A stretch of 64,000 nucleotides of DNA, from NCBI GenBank assembly GCA_963734495.1, contig CAVTHK010000013.1:352001-416000 (forward strand). Reading direction: 5' to 3'. This DNA comes from an uncultured Spirochaetota bacterium. Its GTDB lineage: Bacteria > Spirochaetota > Spirochaetia > SZUA-6 > CAVTHK01. The notes under the pieces are model-generated. The model saw nothing but the letters and a program-made list of their open reading frames with translations. It ran no database searches and was not told where the DNA came from. Both the position numbers and the translations under genes were made by a program. Shown piece after piece: positions 34,960 to 43,444 of the stretch (its first letter is position 1; every line of letters starts with the position of its first letter).

Positions 34960-35110
34960 GCGACGACGCGGCGGGCCGGCGCTGCGGGCCGCGCAGCCGA
35001 ACCTCGAGCCGAAGCAGCCGAAGCTCTTGAGGCGTCCGCCCGCGCCGTCGTAGACTCCCCGGGCCGCGCTCCGCAGTCCCGGCGCGGCCGCGACGGAGCG
35101 TCCCTTGCAG

Positions 35111-36067
35111 GTGAACCTCGGCATCGGCTCCTACACGCTGCGCCTGGGCCATCGGTGTGCGGGGCTTCCCGATGCCCGCCCATCCCCTCGACCCGTTCGG
35201 CCTCGTGGCCGAGGCGGACCGCCTGCGCGTCGACGTCGTGCAGATCTGCGACAACCTCCCCCTCGCACCAGATGTCCGCGGCGGAAGTCAACCGCCTGCG
35301 CGGTCGGGCCGATGCCGCCGGGCCTGAGCGTCGAAGTCGGGCACCCGCGGCACCGAGCCCGAGCTCCTGGCGAGGTACCTGTCCGTGGCCGAGGCGCTGG
35401 GCTCTCGCGTGCTGCGCACGCTGGTCTCCGTCGATCCCGCAGGCCGCCCGCGCGTGGCCGAAGCCGAGCGCGCGATCCGCGGCCTGCTCCCGGACCTCGA
35501 GCGCCGCGGAAGCTCACGCTGCTGCTCGAGAACTACGAGCACATGCGGGCGGCCGAGCTGCGGGCGCTCGTGGACCGCATCGGCAGCGGCTGTGTGCGCG
35601 TCTGCCTGGACCCCGTCAACAACTTCGGCATCGGCGAGGACCAGCAGAGGGTCCTCGACACGCTCGGTCCGGTGATCGGATGCCTGCATCTCAAGGACTT
35701 CCGGATCGACCGCGCGGACGACAGGCTGGGCTTCGTGCTTCGGGGCGCGCCGACCGGCGAGGGCCTGCTCGACGTCGCGGGGCTGGTCGCCCGCGCCACC
35801 CTCGCCGCCGCCGAGGCGCCCATCGCGCAGGAGTCGCTGTCGGCGGTCATCGAGCTCTGGACGCCGTGGCAGGGCACCATCGAAGCCAGCGTCGCGCTCG
35901 AGCGCACGTGGGCGGAGCAGAGCGTCGCGAACATGCGAAGGGTGCTGCCGCCGCCACGGCGCCTGAAGGGACCAGGCAGTCCCGTTCTTTGCGCGTCTTC
36001 GCGATCTCTGCTACGTTTGCGCGGCAGGCCCCCCGAGGACAGGGGGTTACGAGACGCCAGGTCATAG
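35111..36067 (+). CDS. sugar phosphate isomerase/epimerase (xylose isomerase-like TIM barrel); frameshifted, 3' end uncertain
   Basis: LGIGSYT, VQICDN, LLENYE, CLDPVN, LHLKDF, VIELW. Confidence 0.8.
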   Translation: MNLGIGSYTLRLGHRCAGLPDARPSPRPVRPRGRGGPPARRRRADLRQPPPRTRCPRRKSTACAVGPMPPGLSVEVGHPRHRARAPGEVPVRGRGAGLSRAAHAGLRRSRRPPARGRSRARDPRPAPGPRAPRKLTLLLENYEHMRAAELRALVDRIGSGCVRVCLDPVNNFGIGEDQQRVLDTLGPVIGCLHLKDFRIDRADDRLGFVLRGAPTGEGLLDVAGLVARATLAAAEAPIAQESLSAVIELWTPWQGTIEASVALERTWAEQSVANMRRVLPPPRRLKGPGSPVLCASSRSLLRLRGRPPEDRGLRDARS

Positions 36068-36075
36068 GAGCCAGC

Positions 36076-38158
36076 ATGAGCAGCGAGACAGTTCTCCTGG
36101 ACGACGATTTCGGCGCGTTCGAGGTCGGTCCATTCTCGGCCGACGTCGGGCCGCACACCGAGTACCACTTCCTGCCCGAGGCGGCGCCGCGCCACGGCTG
36201 GTCGGTGGCCTGCTTCGGCTCCGGCTGGGAGACGGGCGCCGGCCGGGCGTGGGTCGTCGCCGCGGACAAGGGCCGCAAGGTGATGCGCCAGACCCACGCC
36301 AATCGAGCGGAGACATACCCACCCGATGGTGGCGAGCGGCGATTTCCTCTGGAACGACTACACGCTGGTGGTGCGTTTCGCCCCGGGCGCACCCGCCACC
36401 ACCGGCACGCAAGGCCCATCCGGCGCTTCCGCCGCGTCCGCGCCGCCTGCCCGCTGCGGCGTCGTGTTCCGCTACCACAACAACCGCTGCTACACCTTCT
36501 TCGGCTTCGACGGCCCGAACCGCGTCGTGATCCGCGTCGTCAACCACGAGAAAGCCTTCCAGACCCCCGACGAGCGCGAGCTGGGGAGCGCGGCCTTCGC
36601 GTGGGCGCCGGGCCGCGAGTACACGGCGACCGTGCGCCTCCGCGGGAAGCGCATCCGCGCCGAGATCGCGCTGGTCGCGCCGGCCGCGTACTCCACCACC
36701 GCGCCTTCGCTTTCGTGCGTGCTCGAAGCCGAAGACGCCACCTGGCCGCGCGGCAAGGTCGCGCTGCTCTCCGACTTCCCCGCCGACTTCTTCTCCGTGC
36801 GCGTCACGGCCGCCCCCGGCCGCGGCGCGCGCCGTCGCGCAGGCCCGCTCCAAGGCCGAGCGCGAGCTCGCGGATCTCCGCGCCGCGCAGCCGAAGCCCG
36901 TGCTGTGGAAGAAGCTCAAGACCCCCGGCTTCGGCGTCGGCCGCAACCTGCGCTTCGGCGACGTGAACGGCGACGGGAAGCTCGAGATCGTCGTCGGCCA
37001 GATGAACCACCACGGCGTCCACGACGACTACAGCGAAGTCGGCTGCATCACGGCCATGACCTTCGACGGCGACGTCCTCTGGCAGAGCGGGACGCCCGAC
37101 CCGGCGAAGTACGCGCTCACCAACGACGTCGGCTTCCAGGTTCACGACATCGACGGCGACGGCAGCGCCGAAGTGATCTACTGCCGCGACTTCGAGCTCG
37201 TGCATCGCCGACGGCCGCACGGGCAAGGTCCGCAACAAGGTGCCCGACGCCCGAGAGCAAGCCGCCCGCCACGCGCTACCCGCGCATCCTCGGCGACTGC
37301 CTCTTCTTCTGCGACATCAGCGGCAAGGGCCGCGCGACGGACATCCTCATCAAGGACCGCTACTGGCACTTCTGGATGCTCGACGAGCACCTTCGAACCT
37401 TTATGGTCCGGCGACTGCCGGACGGGCCACTACCCGTTCGCCTTCGACGTCGACGGCGACGGGCGCGACGAGATCGCGATCGGCTACTCGCTGTGGGACC
37501 ACGACGGCCGCATGCTCTGGAACCTCGAGGACCAGATCCAGGATCACGCCGACGGCGTCGCCATCGTCGACTTCCACGAGAAGCGCGGCTCGCAGCCCAA
37601 GGTCCTCTACACCGCCAGCGACTCCGGCTTCCTGCATGGTGAGCCTCGACGGCCGCATCCTCAAGCATCACCGCGTCGGCCACGTGCAGAACCCGGCCAT
37701 CGCGAAGCTGCGCCCGAACCTCCCCGGGCTGCAGGTCGTCTCCATCAACTTCTGGGGCAACCAGGGGATCCTGCACTTCTGGGACGGCGCGGGCGACATG
37801 CTCGGCGACGCTCGAGCCGCTGAACATGGGCAGCATGTGCCTCCCCGTCAACTGGACCGGCGACGGGGTCGAGCTCTTCTGCCACAACCCCAACCCGAAG
37901 TGGGGCGGCCTCTACGACGGCTGGGGCAGGCCCGTGGTGCAGTTCCCCGACGACGGCCACCCCGACATGGCCAACGCCGTGCTCGACCTCACCGGCGACT
38001 GCCGCGACGAGATCGTGGTCTGGAACCCGCGCGAGCTCTGGGTCTACACGCAGGACGACTCGCCGAAGCGCGGCCGTCTCTACAAGCCGACGCGCAACCC
38101 GCTGTACAACTACAGCAACTACCAGGCGACCGTCTCGCTCCCCGGCTGGAGCGAGTAG
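36076..38158 (+). CDS. Ca-binding beta-propeller protein resembling rhamnogalacturonan lyase (PL11-like) with N-terminal beta-sandwich; frameshifted
   Basis: Repeated DxxGDG motifs (DVNGDGKLE, DIDGDGSAE, DVDGDGRDE, DLTGDCRDEI), TGHYP, DHADG; C-terminal YNYSNYQATVSLPGW. Confidence 0.65.
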
Positions 38159-38463
38159 CGCGGGCTCTGGTGGGGGAAAGCCTTCCCCCTGGGCCGAGCC
38201 CGGCGCATCCGTCGCATCACGCCGACGGCGCCGCAGCAGGCACGCGCCGGTCTCAGCCCACCCCCTTCTCCTGGGGGCGCCTCGTCGGCGCCCCCAAGCC
38301 CCCGCCCGCCTCCAAGCGGTTGACGCGATCCCGGCCGGGGCCGCGCAGATCACAGTCCCATACAGGGTGGCGGCGATCGTGCATGCGTGATGCAGGCCCC
38401 CGTGCCCGCAAGGCACCCCAGGCAGGCCTCCTCGCGCCTAAATGCCGGCCTGCCTGGGACCTC

Positions 38464-39420
38464 CTATGGCTGCAGCAGCGGCTCTACCCACTTCACGCGA
38501 AAGGCGCCGTCCGAGATCGAATGCGGTGTGCGAGCTGCATTGTCCTCTCGAACGGTGGCGGAGAATGTGCCCTCGATGACGCCGCCAAGTCCCTCGGCCT
38601 TGGTTACTGTCACCGTGCCAGTGCCCAGCTCGCCGTCTTTGAACATGATCGCATAGCCGATGTCCGGCGTTCCATACGAGACATCATGAAGGCCCGAGTA
38701 TCCGTCAACGAAATCGTATGTGGTACCAGCAACTGGTTGACCGATGATCGCGATGCCCAGGCCAAGACTGGGGTCAAATGTGTCCATCGGCAGGCCTGCC
38801 GGAAGCGACATCATGACCATTCTGTCGATCACTCCTCGATTGCTCGGCCACGCTTCCATGAACCCAAAGGGAATGTTTCCCCACGGCGCGTCGAGAACAC
38901 CCTCGGCGAATGTGAAGGGAGTGCCGTCGAACTTGAACGAAATCAAGTACTCCGCCTCGCCGCCTCCTCCTTCCCCAGGCTTCACGTTGATCGCGCCGAT
39001 GCCGCCGGGCACGATGTCGATCACCGTGATCATCATGGCCTGGATGTTGAAGGTGGCGTTCTCCGCGACTTGCACTGTTACGCCGTTGTTGCTGCCGATG
39101 TGAGTCACCTCGATGTCGTATTCTCCCTGCTGCTGCACGGGTACCACGTAGCTCTTCGGGCCTTGGGCGACCTGCCAGTCGATGGTCTGCAGCACCGCAT
39201 CGTCAGGATCCCGCACTTCGATGGCCAGAGCTGTGACCGGGCACTCGTTGACCGTGATCGCTTTTGGCGCAGTCGGAGCACGAACGTTCAGGCGGATGTA
39301 CCATCCGTTACCCGCCGGCTGACCCCCGCGGTCGTTTGTCTGAAGCGCGCAACCAGGCAGCATGAGAAGCGCCAGCACCGCGATGACGCCTACCAACGAA
39401 ATTCTTCTGATTCGTGACAT
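38464..39420 (-). CDS. hypothetical two-domain lipoprotein
   Basis: MSRIRRISLVGVIAVLALLMLPG-C lipobox; AAGGAGG RBS; GEGGGGE linker between beta-rich domains; intact ORF. Confidence 0.75.
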   Translation of the reverse strand: MSRIRRISLVGVIAVLALLMLPGCALQTNDRGGQPAGNGWYIRLNVRAPTAPKAITVNECPVTALAIEVRDPDDAVLQTIDWQVAQGPKSYVVPVQQQGEYDIEVTHIGSNNGVTVQVAENATFNIQAMMITVIDIVPGGIGAINVKPGEGGGGEAEYLISFKFDGTPFTFAEGVLDAPWGNIPFGFMEAWPSNRGVIDRMVMMSLPAGLPMDTFDPSLGLGIAIIGQPVAGTTYDFVDGYSGLHDVSYGTPDIGYAIMFKDGELGTGTVTVTKAEGLGGVIEGTFSATVREDNAARTPHSISDGAFRVKWVEPLLQP

Positions 39421-39790
39421 TCTCATTCCTCCTTGCGTCCATCTGCCGACAAGCCTCAGCGGAGGCTCCAGGCGGAGCCCGTGCGAGATTGGACGCAAGG
39501 GGCCGCCCGGCACCCAAACGCTCGCGAAGTGCATCTCCTCCTGCCATGAGAGTATGGACAGCAACGGGCGTGCCAGATGCGCGCCCAGCAGGCCGTCGAT
39601 GAGATGGAGGTCGACTATTCCTCTGGCAGGCAGAGAGTTGGTATCACGTGAAACCGACCCGAGCGTTGATGCTCGCAGAACCGCCGAGTCCTGGATGATC
39701 TGCAACTCCGGTTGCAGGACTGCAAGAAGTGGCCGATCGACGCGGGGTCAGCCGCGGCAGCACAATCGGCAACTGACGCCGCAGAGATCC

Positions 39791-40693
39791 TCATGCAGGA
39801 CCGCCGTTGGCGCCAGCCGTCCACGCGATGCGCAGGTCGCGCAGACCTACGGTCCCGATCGCCACCGCGCCCAGGCGCCCCGATGCGTACGCGCGGGCGG
39901 CTACTCGGACGAGACCATCCGCCGGCCTGAGATCAATGGGCAATGCCAGGCTGAGCAGAAAGCCTTCGACGTCCAGCAAGCCGAGCAGCCGCCCCTCCCA
40001 GTCGCCGCCGTCTGCCAGCCGCTGGAAGGACGCTGCAAGAGGCCCGGGGCCCAGGGGAAGGTCACTGACCGTCGCTCGCTGAAAGTAGCTCGTGAAGAGC
40101 CGCATCCGGTGCTCCCGGCGCTCGGCCGGCGTCCGCGCCCGGACATGAGATGGTCCGGGGATGCCCACGAGTCGCTGTCCGGGGCCGTCGTTGTCATCTG
40201 CGCGTTCCAGGCCCTCAGACCAGGGCCCGCGACCAATGACCACCAGCACCTCGGGATGCAGCGAGCGCACCGCCTCCCGCTGGAAATGCCGTCCCGCCGC
40301 CCCGTCAACGAACCCCGAGGAATCAACGACCACCGCGTCGCAGGCGGCGCTCCTCGCTGCGGCGGCCAGGCGGGTCATCGCCTTCAAGCTCGTCAACGGA
40401 TGGTCGGCGGGAGACACGCTGCCGGCGAAGCAGAGCTGGTCGCGTGCCTGCCCCGTGGCGCGATCGTAAATGCGCAAGCCGATCGTGGCGGGGGGGCCCA
40501 CGGTCGACTGGCCCGGATCACAGTCCAGATAGCCGACGGTCCGATCGACCCCAAGCTGCTGCACCAGGTGGCGGGCGAGCGTCGTCTTGCCGGTGTCGCT
40601 GCGTCCCACGACGTATGCGGTCACGGGCCTCGGGGCGGCGGCGATCGCCGCAAGCACGCCGTCCCACGAACGCTCCGGTACGATCGATTCCAT
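39791..40693 (-). CDS. Clp1/Grc3/Nol9-like polynucleotide 5'-hydroxyl kinase
   Basis: Walker A GRSDTGKTT, DCDPGQSTVGPPATIGL, FAGSVSP, VVDSSGFV clasp-like region, RTPAERREHR lid. Confidence 0.82.
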   Translation of the reverse strand: MESIVPERSWDGVLAAIAAAPRPVTAYVVGRSDTGKTTLARHLVQQLGVDRTVGYLDCDPGQSTVGPPATIGLRIYDRATGQARDQLCFAGSVSPADHPLTSLKAMTRLAAAARSAACDAVVVDSSGFVDGAAGRHFQREAVRSLHPEVLVVIGRGPWSEGLERADDNDGPGQRLVGIPGPSHVRARTPAERREHRMRLFTSYFQRATVSDLPLGPGPLAASFQRLADGGDWEGRLLGLLDVEGFLLSLALPIDLRPADGLVRVAARAYASGRLGAVAIGTVGLRDLRIAWTAGANGGPA

Positions 40694-40817
40694 GCAGGCT
40701 CATCGTACCACGGCAAACCCGGCTCCTGCCCGTCGCCGCGAGCGCCGCGCAAGAGCCGACGGGCCGAACTACTACTCCGGTCCGAGCTGTTGTTATCTTT
40801 GCACCGGGGCGAATGCG

Positions 40818-41732
40818 ATGTTGAGCATCCGGGCTCGCGCGGTGCGGGTCCTTGTCAGCTCAGGCGTCAGGTCGCTGCGAAGCCTGCCGATAGACCAGAG
40901 GCGTACGCGCGTTGAGCGGCTGGCCGCCAGGTTCAGGCCTCCCAGGGGGACGGCGGCGACGCCTCTCGAGGCGCCCGGACTCAGCGGGGAATGGGTCAGC
41001 GTGCCGGAATCCTGCGCGAATCGCGTAATCCTCTACCTTCATGGCGGGGCTTTCTGCGTAGGCTCGCCTTCCAGCCACCGAAAGCTCGTTGCCCAGATCT
41101 GCGCCCAGAGCCGGGCGCGGGCGCTTTCTCTGGATTACCGCCTCGCGCCGGAAAACCCTTTCCCCGCCGCGCTCGAGGATGCGGTGGGAGCCTATCGCTA
41201 CTTGCGCGGAAGCGGGATCGCACCCGAGCGCATCGCCTTTGCGGGAGATTCCGCCGGCGGCAACATCGTACTGGCCTCGCTCATCATGCTGCGAGACGCG
41301 GGCGAACCGCTCCCGGCTGCCGCGGTGTGCCTCTCTCCACCCACCGACTTCACGGCCGCCAGCGAATCGTTGACGAACCGGGCACGTCTCGATCCCCTGC
41401 TCAGGCTGGAGACCCTGATCCCGATGCTGCGCGCCTACGTGGGCAGCGCTCAGCCCAGCAACCCGCTGCTCTCCCCGCTGCTGGGGGACCTGCGCGGCCT
41501 GCCGCCGCTTCTCATCCAGGTCGGAAGCCGGGAGATCCTGCACGATGACTCTCTGCGCTTCGCTCTCAAGGCGAAAGAAGCAAAGGTGGACGTCACCCTG
41601 GAAGTCGGGAAGGATCTCTGGCACGTGTGGCACGCGGCTGCCCCCTTTGTGCCCGAGGCGAAGACAGCGGTCGCCAGGATCGGTCGGTTCCTGCGCGAGC
41701 GGATCCCGGACGAGCCCTTCCCCGCCGCGTGA
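40818..41732 (+). CDS. alpha/beta hydrolase, hormone-sensitive-lipase (family IV) esterase
   Basis: HGGAF, YRLAPENPFPAALED, GDSAGG, EILHDD, WHVW. Confidence 0.92.
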   Translation: MLSIRARAVRVLVSSGVRSLRSLPIDQRRTRVERLAARFRPPRGTAATPLEAPGLSGEWVSVPESCANRVILYLHGGAFCVGSPSSHRKLVAQICAQSRARALSLDYRLAPENPFPAALEDAVGAYRYLRGSGIAPERIAFAGDSAGGNIVLASLIMLRDAGEPLPAAAVCLSPPTDFTAASESLTNRARLDPLLRLETLIPMLRAYVGSAQPSNPLLSPLLGDLRGLPPLLIQVGSREILHDDSLRFALKAKEAKVDVTLEVGKDLWHVWHAAAPFVPEAKTAVARIGRFLRERIPDEPFPAA

Positions 41733-41811
41733 CGGGATGCCGCGCAGCCTCGCGGCCAGACCTCTTCCGCAGCGGAATCGATGTCTGCACCGGCCAACGG
41801 CACGGCGCGGC

Positions 41812-42717
41812 TTATCTCTGCGCGCGCTCAAAGAACGCGTCGAACCCCGGAAGAGGACTGGCCTCCGTCTCACCCGGTACTCGGGGGAATCGATTCTCCT
41901 TCCAGTCCGCTTTGGCCTTCTCGATACGCTCTTTCTTTGAAGAGACGAAGTTCCACCACATGATGCGTTTTCCCAGCGGCGCCCCGCCGATCACGGCGAT
42001 GCGGCTGTCCGCATCGGCGAACAACTCGACGCCGGGTGCGTCGCCCAGGACGGCCAGCGCTCGCTCGGGCAGGGTCGTGTCCTGCACGCGAACACCGCCG
42101 GACACCGTGTAGACGGCCCGCTCTCCCGATTCGTCGGGCAGGCGGAGGACCTTGCCCGCTGGCAGCTCCGCCTCGACGTAAAGAGTAGCAGAAAGAGTCA
42201 CGACCGGGGCGCGCATGCCATAAGCAGCGCCGATCATGACCCTGACCCTCACACCTCCGATGGTGGCTACCGGCAGATCCGAGGCAGGATAGTGGTAAAA
42301 GGCCGGCTCGATTTCTTCGTGCTGCTGCGGCAGCGCGGCCCACAGCTGGAGCCCGTTCATCCTGTGCCCCGTCGCGCGAAGCGGCGGGCCGGTGCGCTCC
42401 GAATGGACGATGCCCCTGCCGGCCACCATCAGGTTGATGGCGCCGGGAGTGATTGTCTGCACGGTCCCGATCGAGTCCCGGTGCACGAGCTCTCCCTCGA
42501 AGAGGTAGGTGATCGTCGCGAGGTTGATGTGGGGATGCGGAATCACGTCGATGCCTTTTCCGGGTGCAAATGACGCCGGACCGATATGATCGAAGAAGAC
42601 CCAGGGCCCCACCGCCTCGACGCCGCGCGCAGGCAGGCATCGGTGAACGACAACGCTGCCGAGATCGATCTCCCGCGGCCGAATGATGCTCCGGACGTAT
42701 CCCGATGACTTCGACAT
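41812..42717 (-). CDS. pirin family protein
   Basis: GPWVFFDH, HPHINLATITYLFEG..HRDS, MVAGRGIVHSE, LQLW, WWNFVSS. Confidence 0.93.
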   Translation of the reverse strand: MSKSSGYVRSIIRPREIDLGSVVVHRCLPARGVEAVGPWVFFDHIGPASFAPGKGIDVIPHPHINLATITYLFEGELVHRDSIGTVQTITPGAINLMVAGRGIVHSERTGPPLRATGHRMNGLQLWAALPQQHEEIEPAFYHYPASDLPVATIGGVRVRVMIGAAYGMRAPVVTLSATLYVEAELPAGKVLRLPDESGERAVYTVSGGVRVQDTTLPERALAVLGDAPGVELFADADSRIAVIGGAPLGKRIMWWNFVSSKKERIEKAKADWKENRFPRVPGETEASPLPGFDAFFERAQR

Positions 42718-42962
42718 GCGGCTATCCTCTCGCGGCCATCTTACCCTGCGACGGGGCTGGCCGCCAGGGCGCGGGCCTGCTCGAGGACTTCGGAGCGGGA
42801 GGTCCGATGGGAAGGCTCAGGACCAGGCGGCTGTTGCACGTTGGCGAGATGGCGACAGGCCGCGAAATCTGCTCGGCGTTCGCAGAAGAGGCGCTGTCGT
42901 CGTGGTCGCTTCGCCCAAGCTGGCGCACGTCTGCGAGACAGCCCGCAGGGTCGCCGACGAGA

Positions 42963-43023
42963 GCGAGTTGCGGGTCTATGCACAGGAGGACTCGCCGAAG
43001 AGCGGTCGCCTCTTCAAGCCGAC
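42963..43023 (+). repeat. degenerate copy of 38031-38091 (3' end of the PL11-like gene)
   Basis: 50/61 nt identical by manual alignment; ELRVYAQEDSPKSGRLFKPT vs ELWVYTQDDSPKRGRLYKPT. Confidence 0.8.
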
Positions 43024-43131
43024 CCGGGGCTGATCGTCGCATGTCGCGCCGAGCACGCTCGGTTAGCTTCGGCCTGCCCCCCGCCGCTTGCCGCGAGGGA
43101 GCGGCAGCAGCGGAAGGCCCACGATCTATAT

Positions 43132-43340
43132 CTAGATGGCGCTGTCTGTGGTCAACGCGACGTCGAAGGTCCCTTCTACGACGGTACTCGATCTGGATCC
43201 TGCCCGAAGTTGCCTGCTCCTCGTTGTCGGCGCCGATGGGGTCACCACCGTACCAGTCCAGTGAGAGTGCAACGATGGAATACCCGCCCGGACCAAGGCT
43301 GATGTCCCAAGTGCCGACGTCGATCGCCTTTCCCTGCGGG
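43132..43340 (-). pseudogene. C-terminal relic of a secreted/lipoprotein-like gene
   Basis: Startless frame PQGKAIDVGTWDISLGPGGYSIVALSLDWYGG...QATSGRIQIE, then shifted TVVEGTFDVALTTDSAI*. Confidence 0.45.
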
Positions 43341-43444
43341 GCCGATGGGGGAAAAGTCGTGAAGGACAGTCAGCAGCCCAGAAAGGCCCCGCGCCGGGCG
43401 CCTCGCGTAGGCGAGCCAGCGGCGGGGCCGGCGCGAACCGGCGG

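Noticed and set aside
38158..38460. CRISPR array or tRNA
   Set aside because: The hairpins are unrelated in sequence, there is no repeat-spacer periodicity, no cloverleaf motifs and no cas genes
39550..39790. Short ORFs between the lipoprotein and the Clp1-like gene
   Set aside because: No RBS or recognisable motif; cannot be supported
38031..43023. Repeat pair as a diversity-generating retroelement TR/VR
   Set aside because: Mismatches are not adenine-specific and no reverse transcriptase is present
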